This document shows, in pieces, positions 10,543 through 20,803 of a stretch of DNA of 64,000 nucleotides. The stretch is taken from IMG/VR virus record IMGVR_UViG_3300037692_000137, positions 96,001 through 160,000 of that record; one strand, 5' to 3'. The translations under genes were made by a program, and so were the position numbers. This DNA comes from a virus. Taxonomy: Duplodnaviria > Caudoviricetes. Under the pieces are notes generated by a model. The model did no database searches, had not been told where the DNA came from, and saw nothing but the letters and a program-made list of their open reading frames with translations. Positions within the stretch are counted from its first letter, which is position 1. Each line of letters begins with the position of its first letter.

Positions 10543-13500
10543 TCAATTATACTGGGTAGCCGTTCCTTCTATAATTACCGGGGTTACATCTGTACCTGAC
10601 TTATACACCGTTGTTGCTTTTCCTGTAGCAGAGTAAGCATCTGTATATACTTGTGGTATCGTTATATAACCGGTAGCATTGTCGTCTGTAAAAGACACCG
10701 GTTTATTAATCATACCGTTACCATACTGATCTTGCACAATTGCTGTTATTACAGAAACACTTTTACCGTCTGCTGGTAAAATTATGGGCTCCGCGCCTAA
10801 AGTTATAAAATCTACGAAAGGCCTTATAGGTGCTGTTTGATAATTGTAAGTAGCCCAACCATTATTGGTTCCATAATAAGTAGCCTCTAATTGTAGCCTA
10901 TACATGGTGCCTCCATTTATGGCTAAATCGTATACAGCTATGTTAGTTACCTGGTCAGCCCTTATGTTATCCATATTCATAACACCAAAAGAGGTAGCCA
11001 GTTCACCTATAGATCCATTACCTGAGGTGTATAATAGGTCATCAAAGTAAACACCATTATTTATTAGGGAGTTCGCTGTAGCGCCCAAAGATAAGGTCAC
11101 CTGACTATTATAATCCGGTAGCACAGACAAAGAGTTCCATGAATCCTCATATACCCCCGATATAGTGGTTTTGTAGTCAAAAGTTAGTATGTTATCCGTT
11201 TTTGTTACTTTTAAAAAGTAACTTGGATAGGTGGTCAAATTTAAGTAAAGAACCACTTCTGAAACTAGCGTATCATTAGTTTTAATATATGCATTAATAC
11301 TGTCATGGAGTACTTCAGAATAGTTTACTACTTCATACGTTTTTACAAGTATATCATCTAAACCAGTCCCAGCCCCACCTGTATATGAGGCGTGTGAATT
11401 AAAAACGCCTTGTGTTGGAATCCCAGCTGCGGCGGTGGGGGAGACATAATCCCAATTAGTTGGCTCTGTACTAAAATCAATCCATACTTTAAAGTATATA
11501 AAGTCGTCTGAACGTGCCATACGCACATTAAACCAAGTACCGTAGTAGTTATAATAGTTATATTTGGTGCTAGTAAATAAAGTGGTTATTACACCATCTA
11601 CATAGCTATATACTCTGATATAATTATCAGTGTATGAATAGGTTCTCATATAAACTGCTAACTTATTAGCTACCTCTAAATGAATGGGTGAGACCCAATA
11701 TTGATCATTACCTACTCCTCGGCCATGATTTTTAAATCTAAATTGTATGTCCCATTTTGTTCCAAAGTTAATTGTGTCTGTAGTTCTAGCAGAGGCATCG
11801 TCTGTCATATGATTCAAATAACCATTTGTATACACAGTGGTACCTACCAGTGAAGTCCATTGCACGTCGGCCAGAGAAAAATCGTCACTAAACACATTGG
11901 TAGTGATATCTGTTGTTACTAAATTTGAAATATTAATAGCGTCAAGACCGGTGCCATTGGCGACTGTATATTGGGCCCACGAGTAAAATTGACTTTGACT
12001 TGGTAAATCGGCGGTGGCTGCTTCTGAACTAACATAATCCCATATAACAGGTTCAGTAACACTGCTCATCCAAACTCTAAAATAAAGTTTATTGTTGGTT
12101 CTTATTAGTCTAACGCTAAACCATGTTCCATATAAATTGTAGTAATTATATTTTTGATCTTTATATAATTCGGTACTAACACTGTTTATACGTTTGCTTA
12201 ATTGAACATAGTAACTTGATGAAGCATTGTAAGTGTACATTACTACAGATAAACGGTTATTAGTGTCAATATATAATGGGTTTACAAGGTAAGTGTCATT
12301 AGATGAGCCCCTACCGCTATTTTTAAACATAAAAACTATATTGTAGTCATCCACATAATTTATGGTATCTATAGTTCTAGCTATTGCACCGTCTGTGGTT
12401 TGTTTAAGATACCCTAAAGAGTAATCAGCCACACCTATTACGTTTTGCCAATTGCCGCCGCCGAGAGTAAAGTCTTCTTCAAATATTGTGCTTGTATAAC
12501 CAGCAGTGTAGGAAATACCAAAATTGTAGGTATTGTTGGATGTGCTGGCTACTTCGATGTAATGTTCTAAAGATCCGGAAGTTCCTGAAAAAGAGGTCAC
12601 GCTGCCGACAGTACCGCTAACCTGTACTTCAAAGTCCCCTATTAAGTGGTAATTAGACTCAATAGAGTTGTGTCCGGTAGCCGCGGTGCTGCAAGACAAC
12701 ATGTTATTTAGTATCTCAGGGGCACCGTTAGTAACTGACCATAAGTCATTTCTTGGGGCTGCATGATCAACACCAGTGAAGTCATCGTTGAAGCTTGTAG
12801 CATCGGTTAAATTTATCAGGTTTGACATATCCAATAATTTGGCATTGGTGTTTTTAACATAAACTAATGAGTGCGCGTCAGGGTAATTAGGCAGTACATT
12901 TTGAAATCTATAGAATGTAGCAGCATTCACATCTTTATAGTCTACGTCAACTATTGATGATAAAAAATGGCCTGAGTAAGAGTCAAACCTAATTAAAGTC
13001 CCTTTAGAAGGGTCTATACCATCATAGTTATTAAACACAAAAAAGCTATTACACAGGCACACTAAATCACCGTTGCTATACTTATACAGTGTGTTTGTGG
13101 TTAAAGTTATCTGGCCAGCTATAACAGTAGCTACTTCTACTTCCTCGCGTTGCTTATTGTTATTTGGACCAAGTATTAATTTTGTGCCAACTGTAACTGC
13201 ACTATCATAATACTCATTTATGTATAATGTATCGGTGTGTGTATTAGCTATGGAGGTTATGTATGTTTTATAGTGCTCTACACCAAAGGCTTCGGCGGAG
13301 TAAATAAAACCTGAGCCGCTTATATATTCTAAAGTGTCTATTAATACGCATATAAAGTTTTTAATTGCCCATTTTTTAAATAGTAATCCGCCTGATGGGT
13401 GGTTTTGTAAAGACCAGAAATAGTAGCCATCATACTGTAAACTTTTTACTGCAGTGCCTACATCAGTATCTGTTGGATATTCAAATGCGGTATCTCCATC

Positions 13501-13605
13501 ATCTACTTTGCATACTAAAGTATTTTTTGTTTCATCTAAAAAATAGAAGTAGCTATCTATTACTACAAAGTTAGCTTTCGATAACTTAATATTTTCATAA
13601 GCCAT
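10543..13605 (-). CDS. Tail-tip or receptor-binding protein, paralog 2, with two tandem ConA-like lectin modules and a C-terminal Big_1-like domain
   Basis: N-terminus MAYENIKLSKANF; internal ~195-aa duplication; C-terminal AIVQDQYGNGMINKPVSF Ig motif. Confidence 0.65.
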   Translation of the reverse strand: MAYENIKLSKANFVVIDSYFYFLDETKNTLVCKVDDGDTAFEYPTDTDVGTAVKSLQYDGYYFWSLQNHPSGGLLFKKWAIKNFICVLIDTLEYISGSGFIYSAEAFGVEHYKTYITSIANTHTDTLYINEYYDSAVTVGTKLILGPNNNKQREEVEVATVIAGQITLTTNTLYKYSNGDLVCLCNSFFVFNNYDGIDPSKGTLIRFDSYSGHFLSSIVDVDYKDVNAATFYRFQNVLPNYPDAHSLVYVKNTNAKLLDMSNLINLTDATSFNDDFTGVDHAAPRNDLWSVTNGAPEILNNMLSCSTAATGHNSIESNYHLIGDFEVQVSGTVGSVTSFSGTSGSLEHYIEVASTSNNTYNFGISYTAGYTSTIFEEDFTLGGGNWQNVIGVADYSLGYLKQTTDGAIARTIDTINYVDDYNIVFMFKNSGRGSSNDTYLVNPLYIDTNNRLSVVMYTYNASSSYYVQLSKRINSVSTELYKDQKYNYYNLYGTWFSVRLIRTNNKLYFRVWMSSVTEPVIWDYVSSEAATADLPSQSQFYSWAQYTVANGTGLDAINISNLVTTDITTNVFSDDFSLADVQWTSLVGTTVYTNGYLNHMTDDASARTTDTINFGTKWDIQFRFKNHGRGVGNDQYWVSPIHLEVANKLAVYMRTYSYTDNYIRVYSYVDGVITTLFTSTKYNYYNYYGTWFNVRMARSDDFIYFKVWIDFSTEPTNWDYVSPTAAAGIPTQGVFNSHASYTGGAGTGLDDILVKTYEVVNYSEVLHDSINAYIKTNDTLVSEVVLYLNLTTYPSYFLKVTKTDNILTFDYKTTISGVYEDSWNSLSVLPDYNSQVTLSLGATANSLINNGVYFDDLLYTSGNGSIGELATSFGVMNMDNIRADQVTNIAVYDLAINGGTMYRLQLEATYYGTNNGWATYNYQTAPIRPFVDFITLGAEPIILPADGKSVSVITAIVQDQYGNGMINKPVSFTDDNATGYITIPQVYTDAYSATGKATTVYKSGTDVTPVIIEGTATQYN
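11350..12490 (-). repeat. Two diverged ~195-aa tandem protein repeats (beta-sandwich, lectin-like)
   Basis: ARTIDTINY..FKNSGRG..KYNYYNLYGTWF..EPVIWDYVS..GTGLDAI versus ARTTDTINF..FKNHGRG..KYNYYNYYGTWF..EPTNWDYVS..GTGLDDI; offset 585 nt at the GLD motif. Confidence 0.9.
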
Positions 13606-13616
13606 TACAGACCTCT

Positions 13617-15488
13617 TTAGTTAGTCTGCTCAACAACGGCGGTTATAGTAACCTCACTGGCTGTGATACCTGCTCTATAAACTGTTTGTGCCATACCATT
13701 AGAGTCTGTATTTATCTGTGTGCCGGCCGTTATCGCACCATCACCGTTTTCCGAAAAAGTTACTCTTCTTCCGGGAATGGGTTGTAAAAATTGGTCCTTT
13801 ACATAGGCAGTGATATCTGAAGTACTTAAATTATTAGCTGCTATTATAGCCGGCGATGCAGCTAATGATATAGAAGTTACAAATGATGCTAGTGGTGATA
13901 GCTGGTAATTATAACCAGCCATACTACCACCAGCGTCTGCTGTAGTTTGTAGTCTATAAATATTACTATTGTCTATAGCTAAATCATATACGGGTATAAC
14001 TGTTATTTCATCACTTTGAATGTTTTCCATAACCATAGAGCCGTAAAAGGGTAGACTAGTTGCTGTAGTATACCAAACCGTTTCCCCGGATACGTATGCT
14101 ATATCATCAAAGGTGGCTGTTACTGTGCTACCAAGTGTATTTTTTAAACCAAGTAGGAGTTTACATTCAGTATCAAACATCTGCACAGTGCCCATAAAAT
14201 CCCAATCTTCCACACCTTTTTTATAGTAGAAACTTACATTGTCTGCTGCTCTACTAATTCTAAACATATAGTTATCAACCAATCCGCCGCCACTATATGT
14301 GGCTACCGCACTAAAATCTATATTTTTATCGGCTTTATAGGATGTAACATTGAAGTTATTTATACCTAACTGGTCAGCTATTTCGTCATTATTAGCTCTG
14401 GCTATATAGCAATACCTATTAGTTTCATTTGGGAACCATAAACCAAACATGTGTGTAAAGTAGTTAGCACCTGAGTAAGTAGTATTGTAGTTATTTAAAG
14501 ACCCTGTAACAGTCACATCAAAGTTTCCACGTAGGTAGTAGTCAGATACTACACTTTCTTGTCCTGAGGCCGTACTGGTGTATAATTGATTACTTTGTAT
14601 CGTAGGCGCTCCTGAAAGTATAGACCAGTTATCAGTATTAGGTGTTGAACCATTAGCCCCTGTGAAAGAGTCATTGGATTCAGTAGCATCATATAACATG
14701 GACAAGTCTGCTCTTGTGTCAACAAACAAAGTATTTGTGCCTTTAATATAAGCTAGGGTGTCAATGTCACCATAAGCTGTGAATGAGCTTATTTTATGAA
14801 ATGTGCTTGCCTGTATGTCTTTATATTGCCCGCCGGGGTATTTAGTTATATAAGCGCCTGTATGAGAGTCAAACTTATACAGAGCACCGGTACCTGTATT
14901 AACACCGTCACTATTATTTATTAACCAGATATACTTATGAAAACCTACATCATCATCAGTATCATAGCCATACACTAATGGGGCTGTCAAACTTACTCCG
15001 CCAAATATAGTATCAGAGACAGTCACTAATTCGTAGTCATCATTTGAATTAGGACCAATGTATAATGTACAACCAGCTATGATATCAGGTCTATCGGAAT
15101 ACTCATTTAATAGTATCTCTGTAGAACCTGAGGCCGCTGAATCTGTAAGTTTAGTATGATAATGTTCTATGGTGAAGGTGTTAGCATTATATGTATGGCT
15201 ACCATCATTAGTTAACGTAATGGTTTGTTGTAATTTACAAACGTAGTTGTCTATAAGCCAACGTTTAATTACCCTACCGTCTGCCTTAGACTCTAATGTC
15301 CAAAAATACAGACCATCATACTCAGTGCTTAATACTGTTTGTGTTAATACGGTGTCTAATGGATAAGAAAAGGCGGTATTACCATCATCAGTTTTTTGTA
15401 ACAATGCATCTTGATCTTCATCAAATGTTAAAAAGTAACCGTCTAATGTGGTAAAATTTGGTTTTCTTAACTTAATATTATCTGCCAT
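13617..15488 (-). CDS. Tail-tip or receptor-binding protein, paralog 1 (ConA-like domain plus Big_1-like Ig domain)
   Basis: N-terminus MADNIKLRKPNF; C-terminal AYVKDQFLQPIPGRRVTF..TDSNGMAQTVY Big_1 motif. Confidence 0.65.
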   Translation of the reverse strand: MADNIKLRKPNFTTLDGYFLTFDEDQDALLQKTDDGNTAFSYPLDTVLTQTVLSTEYDGLYFWTLESKADGRVIKRWLIDNYVCKLQQTITLTNDGSHTYNANTFTIEHYHTKLTDSAASGSTEILLNEYSDRPDIIAGCTLYIGPNSNDDYELVTVSDTIFGGVSLTAPLVYGYDTDDDVGFHKYIWLINNSDGVNTGTGALYKFDSHTGAYITKYPGGQYKDIQASTFHKISSFTAYGDIDTLAYIKGTNTLFVDTRADLSMLYDATESNDSFTGANGSTPNTDNWSILSGAPTIQSNQLYTSTASGQESVVSDYYLRGNFDVTVTGSLNNYNTTYSGANYFTHMFGLWFPNETNRYCYIARANNDEIADQLGINNFNVTSYKADKNIDFSAVATYSGGGLVDNYMFRISRAADNVSFYYKKGVEDWDFMGTVQMFDTECKLLLGLKNTLGSTVTATFDDIAYVSGETVWYTTATSLPFYGSMVMENIQSDEITVIPVYDLAIDNSNIYRLQTTADAGGSMAGYNYQLSPLASFVTSISLAASPAIIAANNLSTSDITAYVKDQFLQPIPGRRVTFSENGDGAITAGTQINTDSNGMAQTVYRAGITASEVTITAVVEQTN

Positions 15489-15498
15489 CTATAAACTC

Positions 15499-15996
15499 CT
15501 AGTTAAAAGGATTTTTCCAGCTAATTAAATACTCATAAGGATCACCTGAGATACGGACTTGATCTGTTATATTAAAGTCAACCGCCCCGTTATTAAGTGT
15601 AATCCTCATATCGGACAAGTCCAACCCTGAAGAAGGTAAACTATCCTTTATTTTAAAAGAAACTAATGTACTAGGTAATATACCTGTACCAGTCGGTGTT
15701 ATATCTGTAATTTCTGGCTGGTACTTATCTTGTGCAAACTCTGACCAGTCTATATACTTACAAAGGTCAGCCACAGCTTTTTCAATTTCAGCATCCAGTG
15801 TTTTTTCTGTGATGTCATAGACTACTTTGGTAGGTACTTTGCCGCCGTTAGCTGCGGGATAGGTGGTACCCACCTCTAAAATCCATTTAGCGTCACCTTC
15901 GGCGTCCCTACTTTTAAGGGTGTATTGTTTAAAAGTAAAATTAAACTTTACACCCTTAGTAGAGTTAAGGCTATGTCTTACAAATACTTCAGCCAT
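15499..15996 (-). CDS. Hypothetical virion protein, 165 aa
   Basis: Co-oriented ORF; the C-terminal Ig-like stretch resembles the C-terminus of 7928..10534 (LDLSDMRITLN versus VDISSLEFYVN). Confidence 0.7.
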   Translation of the reverse strand: MAEVFVRHSLNSTKGVKFNFTFKQYTLKSRDAEGDAKWILEVGTTYPAANGGKVPTKVVYDITEKTLDAEIEKAVADLCKYIDWSEFAQDKYQPEITDITPTGTGILPSTLVSFKIKDSLPSSGLDLSDMRITLNNGAVDFNITDQVRISGDPYEYLISWKNPFN

Positions 15997-15998
15997 GT

Positions 15999-16979
15999 TT
16001 ATGAGCTATAGTCTATAAGGTTAATTATATTTTTAACACCATATCTAATAACGGAGTCAACCGAGGAACACCACGCCGTAGGTGTATTATCTGGATCTTG
16101 TTCTTTTAACACTTGTACCTTGGTACCAGAAGTTGTTGTGTAGCTGTGTGATACACCAGTAAAGCCATTTGTGGCTAAAGTAGGTACTGTAAGCGTAGTT
16201 TTTGTAATATCTACCGTGATAGCAGTAAAGTAGTCTGTATTATTACCGTCTGTTATTACTAAGCTATCCCCGTTCTTTACCCCTGTACCCGCGCCGATTA
16301 TCATTGTAGCAGTATCAGCAGTGTAGTTGGAGGCTAATAAAGTCTCACCTACAGTAGTAGAAGCTATATCCTCACTTGTAATAGCCAGATTAAATCCTAA
16401 AAGAACAGAGCAGTCATTTAGTGAGGCCGCGCTCACTTTTACTGCTGACCTATAGTCACCAGTGTAGTATCTACCTATTGTACCAGAAGTTATCCAAAAA
16501 CGACCATCTCTGAATTCTACTGCCGCATTTTTATAAGCCAATTGATATCCGGTATCAGCTGTAACACATGTAATAGCTCTAATTTTAGCTTCAATATCTT
16601 CGGCAACAACGTCGCCACTAATAGATAGACCGTCGTCATCATAATTTAGCGTTACTGTGTAATAACCTGAGCCATCTTCCCCTACAGGTGTATTGTCCAT
16701 CTTTACACGTAGTTTATTATGTGTGGCGTCTAAAGCGAACTTTCCGCTAATGCCAGCTAAACCAGAGGACTTACACCAACCAATATCGAAGTCTGTTATG
16801 TATAGTGCCTGAATGGCTGTATTAACAGTATTATCGCTATAAGCTGATGTCGATATTTTTATAACAAACTGTTCATCACCATCATACCCGATTGGGGTGA
16901 TAGTTGCTTGATCTACGGTTACTCTTTTTATTGTTCCTGGATACTGATCTATATCCTGTGTATCAATTTGAATGGCCAT
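15999..16979 (-). CDS. Putative tail structural protein, 326 aa
   Basis: AAGGAGA RBS; Thr/Gly/Ser-rich ORF in the tail-tip cluster. Confidence 0.65.
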   Translation of the reverse strand: MAIQIDTQDIDQYPGTIKRVTVDQATITPIGYDGDEQFVIKISTSAYSDNTVNTAIQALYITDFDIGWCKSSGLAGISGKFALDATHNKLRVKMDNTPVGEDGSGYYTVTLNYDDDGLSISGDVVAEDIEAKIRAITCVTADTGYQLAYKNAAVEFRDGRFWITSGTIGRYYTGDYRSAVKVSAASLNDCSVLLGFNLAITSEDIASTTVGETLLASNYTADTATMIIGAGTGVKNGDSLVITDGNNTDYFTAITVDITKTTLTVPTLATNGFTGVSHSYTTTSGTKVQVLKEQDPDNTPTAWCSSVDSVIRYGVKNIINLIDYSS

Positions 16980-17005
16980 GGTAAATTTCTCCTTTTATAA
17001 TAATT

Positions 17006-17892
17006 TCAACACTTTAACTCTGAATAATTACAGCCAGGCAGTTTATGTGCTTTTTTATGGCAGTCTTTACAAAATGTTATACAATTATCAATATCTGCGG
17101 ATTCTATGGGATTGTTGATTACAGGGTCAATGTGGTGACAGTGTAATGCAACCTCAGTTTTTCCGCATTTTTGACAAGTCCAGTTGTCTCTTTCTAGTAC
17201 TAATTTTCTTAGTGCCGGTTGAACTTCACGGGAAGTAGCTGATTTAAACCCTTTTGGGTATGTATGCTGCTTATATATAGAACAAGCATTTTTGCATTGT
17301 TCTGAGCAGTAAAATCGCTGGTCCCCTCTAAGCAACCCAATCTATGATTTATTTCATCTATATTAGGTACAGTTACTTTATTGCAATACTCGCAATGTAC
17401 ACCTAACAGAATAAATCCAGCCTCATGGGGCACTTCCTTTATTTCATGGAAAGGAGCTAACCTTTTCATATAAGTGCTATATAAAGGTAAGCGTATTTTT
17501 CCAATACCCTCTTTCCAAGTTCCGCCGCAGATTCTGCATCTATGCCCTTGCTTCCAACGATCCCAAGTCATGGAATAGGTATGCCCGTTGTTACATATAA
17601 AAAGTAATTTTTGTTTAGCATTAATATATGTTTTTGTAAGTAGTTGGTAGCCCGCTTGCTCAAAAGATTTCTTTACTTCTTTAAAAGCAACTGGAGCGTT
17701 ATGTGCACAGTCTGGGCATCTATATCCAGTAACCCAATTTCCCCAGGTAATACTATTTTTATGCCCAAAAGGACATATGTAATGCATCTTGGTTTTAGCA
17801 TTTATATATGTCTTATCTATAAGGATATATCCCTCAACTTCAAAATTATTACGCACAAAACAATATTCTATTTTTTTAGGCATAGTAATCAC
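17006..17892 (-). pseudogene. HNH homing endonuclease with Zn-ribbon repeats, split by a -1 frameshift (joined product ~295 aa)
   Basis: ORF 17209..17892 carries CPFGH and CNNGH Zn ribbons and CEYC. The overlapping ORF 17006..17335 carries RFYCSEQCK and an HNH domain (ERDNWTCQKCG..LHCHHIDP..NCITFCKDCHKKAH). One extra G in the G4 run at 17323-17326 joins them as CLEGDQRFYC. Confidence 0.75.
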
Positions 17893-18221
17893 TTATAAAA
17901 ATAGCTTCTTCCGTTAGTTAGTAAATATGGGCAATTATCGAAAGTACACGCATAGCCCCAGGAATTTCTTCTATCTGGAGACATGTAGTATACTTTACCA
18001 GCATCGTCAGTGTGGTCTACCTTAGTGGGTACAATACCCAGCCTATGAGCACTACGTAAGTCGTCACTTTGTGTAGAGTATGGACAAGGGTTCCATTTAT
18101 TACCTACATGTTGGTCTTTTTTATACTGTGGTAAATTGCCATAGGCAGTGGTACCATGAGTTACTTCCCACAATTCTTGTGCGGTACCACTAAATGTTAA
18201 ACATACAGTGCATCCTGGCAT
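17889..18221 (-). CDS. Small Cys-rich hypothetical protein, 110 aa
   Basis: CTVC, CPY and CTFDNCPY motifs; ATGA-type overlap with the next gene. Confidence 0.7.
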   Translation of the reverse strand: MPGCTVCLTFSGTAQELWEVTHGTTAYGNLPQYKKDQHVGNKWNPCPYSTQSDDLRSAHRLGIVPTKVDHTDDAGKVYYMSPDRRNSWGYACTFDNCPYLLTNGRSYFYK

Positions 18222-18223
18222 AA

Positions 18224-18652
18224 TTACCCTCTAAAATTATATAAATTTCCAGCTTCATCTACAACATACGATGTGTAAACAAGGCTAAATGCGTGTCTTG
18301 TATCCTCATGGTTAGAGGTATCTATTAATATAAAATCATTGTGCTTAAATTGTGGTACTCTATTAAGTTCCGTATCATGTGATATTTTGGCTTCTTTAAG
18401 GGTTACTGTATTATCTTTATTGTATACTACATCACCCCAAGACATCTTGGCCACGTAAATGTTTTTTACAAATAATAGGTACTGTTTATAAAAGTCCAAC
18501 TTGATAAACTCATTGGGGTTAATTTTGTTAGCTATGCTTAAAGCAGGACCAGATAATCGAGCGTTAACCAATAAGCATTCGCCATCAGTTTTGTATAAAA
18601 CTTTATCCCATGATAATTCCAATGTATATTTCTCTGCAATACTAAATTTCAT
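18224..18652 (-). CDS. Hypothetical protein, 142 aa
   Basis: Co-oriented ORF with AGAGG RBS. Confidence 0.7.
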   Translation of the reverse strand: MKFSIAEKYTLELSWDKVLYKTDGECLLVNARLSGPALSIANKINPNEFIKLDFYKQYLLFVKNIYVAKMSWGDVVYNKDNTVTLKEAKISHDTELNRVPQFKHNDFILIDTSNHEDTRHAFSLVYTSYVVDEAGNLYNFRG

Positions 18653-18666
18653 TTAAGCCTCTTTAA

Positions 18667-19344
18667 TTATATCCATAATGGTGTAAAAGTTATGTTAGCA
18701 CTACCAGAACAAATATCGCCAGCGCCGGCAGAGGGGTTACCAACAGCAGTAACTACCCCAGTAAAGCTTCTATCCGCAGTACCTTGTTGGCCGGCGGATA
18801 CACTACCGGTCATGCTCTCCAACACACTGGCCATATCAAAAGTTACGCCCACTATACTTCCATTCGGCACACCAAAAGCCACATTAGCTGAACCCTCTGT
18901 AATACCTCGTAGGAGTACAGTTGGTGCGGGAGACTCAGTTGGGTTAGACCCAGCTACCCACCTAGTTAGTCCCCATGTTTCTTGGCCAATCATTTGTGGA
19001 TCTGACTTATTGTAGCTGTAGCTTGTTAACTGCCAATCATTGTAAGAAAAACTAGTAACCTCAACGTCACAAGAAGCGGGGTTAACACCAGCTGTAATAC
19101 CTGCAGGAGTACTACAACTTGTACTCGGCGTGACGCTGTAGGGGCCTATGCCGGAACCCCCTGGTGGGCTATATACAGTAACAGTTAAAGTTTCTGTTGG
19201 TTTTTCCATAGTTCTATAAGCAGAAAAACTACCCAAACAGTATAACCTTTGTGTATTAGGGTTAACCCCCCATTGTGCAGATACACCGCAGGCACTAGAA
19301 AAAATACCTGTAATGTCTGTGCCAAAACCTATTATAACACCCAT
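18667..19344 (-). CDS. Ser/Thr/Gly-rich putative tail-tip protein, 225 aa
   Basis: AAGGAGG RBS; position in the tail-tip cluster. Confidence 0.65.
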   Translation of the reverse strand: MGVIIGFGTDITGIFSSACGVSAQWGVNPNTQRLYCLGSFSAYRTMEKPTETLTVTVYSPPGGSGIGPYSVTPSTSCSTPAGITAGVNPASCDVEVTSFSYNDWQLTSYSYNKSDPQMIGQETWGLTRWVAGSNPTESPAPTVLLRGITEGSANVAFGVPNGSIVGVTFDMASVLESMTGSVSAGQQGTADRSFTGVVTAVGNPSAGAGDICSGSANITFTPLWI

Positions 19345-19382
19345 AAACTACCTCCTTATTACTTACTTTTACAAAGGTTACT

Positions 19383-19589
19383 TTATTTTAATCTTTCTAA
19401 ACAATTAAGATGCAACACATAGTCACAGGCATAACGTGTAGCGCAGTCTTTACAAAATCTACGCTTATACACTTCTAACCTAGCTTTTATTTGTCTATCT
19501 GTAAGATACTTATAACCATCAGTAATACTTTTACTTTTTTCAATATCAGTTTCTTTACTATGTCTTCTACCACAAGCACCACAAGCCAT
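19383..19589 (-). CDS. Small Cys-rich, probably metal-binding protein, 68 aa
   Basis: MACGACG and FCKDCATRYACDYVLHLNC; start overlaps the upstream stop. Confidence 0.7.
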   Translation of the reverse strand: MACGACGRRHSKETDIEKSKSITDGYKYLTDRQIKARLEVYKRRFCKDCATRYACDYVLHLNCLERLK

Positions 19590-19840
19590 TATATAAAACC
19601 CCCATCAGTAGTTGTTATTAGTGTCACATGGTTTTCATTAAATCCTTCTGTATCAACTATTGGATTAGTATCTATTGATGCCACGTAACCTGTAAAAGTT
19701 TGGTCGGCGGCATCTATTGGATGCCAATAACGCATACCAGGATAATTAGATATTAAAGTATAAGACACAGTAGCTATACCCATTATATCATAACTTATAG
19801 ATAAAGTGGTACAATCTATGAATTCAATATATTCAGCCAT
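19589..19840 (-). CDS. Hypothetical protein, 83 aa
   Basis: Co-oriented, coupled ORF. Confidence 0.7.
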   Translation of the reverse strand: MAEYIEFIDCTTLSISYDIMGIATVSYTLISNYPGMRYWHPIDAADQTFTGYVASIDTNPIVDTEGFNENHVTLITTTDGGFI

Positions 19841-19843
19841 AAC

Positions 19844-20167
19844 TTAAAAATCCCCTATATTACCTGTAATTACTTCCTCTTCTTCTACATACTCGGAGTT
19901 AAACGAGGTCTTTCCCGAGAAAACAGAGCCACTTCTATCATTTAATCTACTAAAACTAGCCGAGGTAAATTCACCAAACTGGCCTCTAAAATCCTCACTT
20001 TCTGGCAAGTACTCTGTGTACAAATAGGTATTATTTTGTGTTTTTTCGGCCATGAAGGTATGAACATAAAAAGCCCCTGCACCTTGTTCTCCCTTAGACA
20101 TTGGTGATCCACTTCGTAGTTTATATGTATAGCCTGTGTATTTAACTGTACTAGCGCCGTCTTTCAT
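19844..20167 (-). CDS. Hypothetical protein, 107 aa
   Basis: Co-oriented ORF with AAGAG RBS. Confidence 0.7.
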   Translation of the reverse strand: MKDGASTVKYTGYTYKLRSGSPMSKGEQGAGAFYVHTFMAEKTQNNTYLYTEYLPESEDFRGQFGEFTSASFSRLNDRSGSVFSGKTSFNSEYVEEEEVITGNIGDF

Positions 20168-20179
20168 AATAAATACTCC

Positions 20180-20803
20180 TTAAGTATCATATTTTACAAA
20201 TTTCACATCGCTCGAACTACCAGAAAAATTATTAGCGTAAACAAATTCATAGTTAGCTGTAGGTAGCTGTCCTGGTTGAAATTGTGCTGAAAAACTTTGT
20301 AAATTTAAACTACCATAATCAGCTATACCTGTATCTATAGTTAAAGAGTTGCTGTTGTTTGTATTAAAAGACCAGGGATCTCCTATATATCTTAAACCAT
20401 AGCCGTCATTCTGTATTTCATCTTCATATATAGACGCTGGTCCAGAAGACGCTGAGGCGTTAATAGTTCTATACGAGACTGCTGGTAGATTAAGAAAACC
20501 TAATTCTTCTACATCCCCAGCTATACTGGCCTGACCTTCACCTTGATATAAAAAGTATATAATATCCTTATCGCAATTGTACTTTCTTAACCATGGGATA
20601 GATACGTTAATCCTACCAGGACAACCTATATGTGTATTATTATTTATGTACGCAGATATAGACACAACACCTATAGTAGGACCAATTACTAAGTTACCGG
20701 CTACTTTAGATACCTCTGTATTTATCCTAGAACTAATAGATATAAGACATCGATCTAGTCCTGGAAAAGCTCCAACTAGTTTACAACAAGTACTATCAGC
20801 CAT
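20180..20803 (-). CDS. Hypothetical tail-tip protein, 207 aa
   Basis: Co-oriented, coupled ORF downstream of the hub-like genes. Confidence 0.65.
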   Translation of the reverse strand: MADSTCCKLVGAFPGLDRCLISISSRINTEVSKVAGNLVIGPTIGVVSISAYINNNTHIGCPGRINVSIPWLRKYNCDKDIIYFLYQGEGQASIAGDVEELGFLNLPAVSYRTINASASSGPASIYEDEIQNDGYGLRYIGDPWSFNTNNSNSLTIDTGIADYGSLNLQSFSAQFQPGQLPTANYEFVYANNFSGSSSDVKFVKYDT

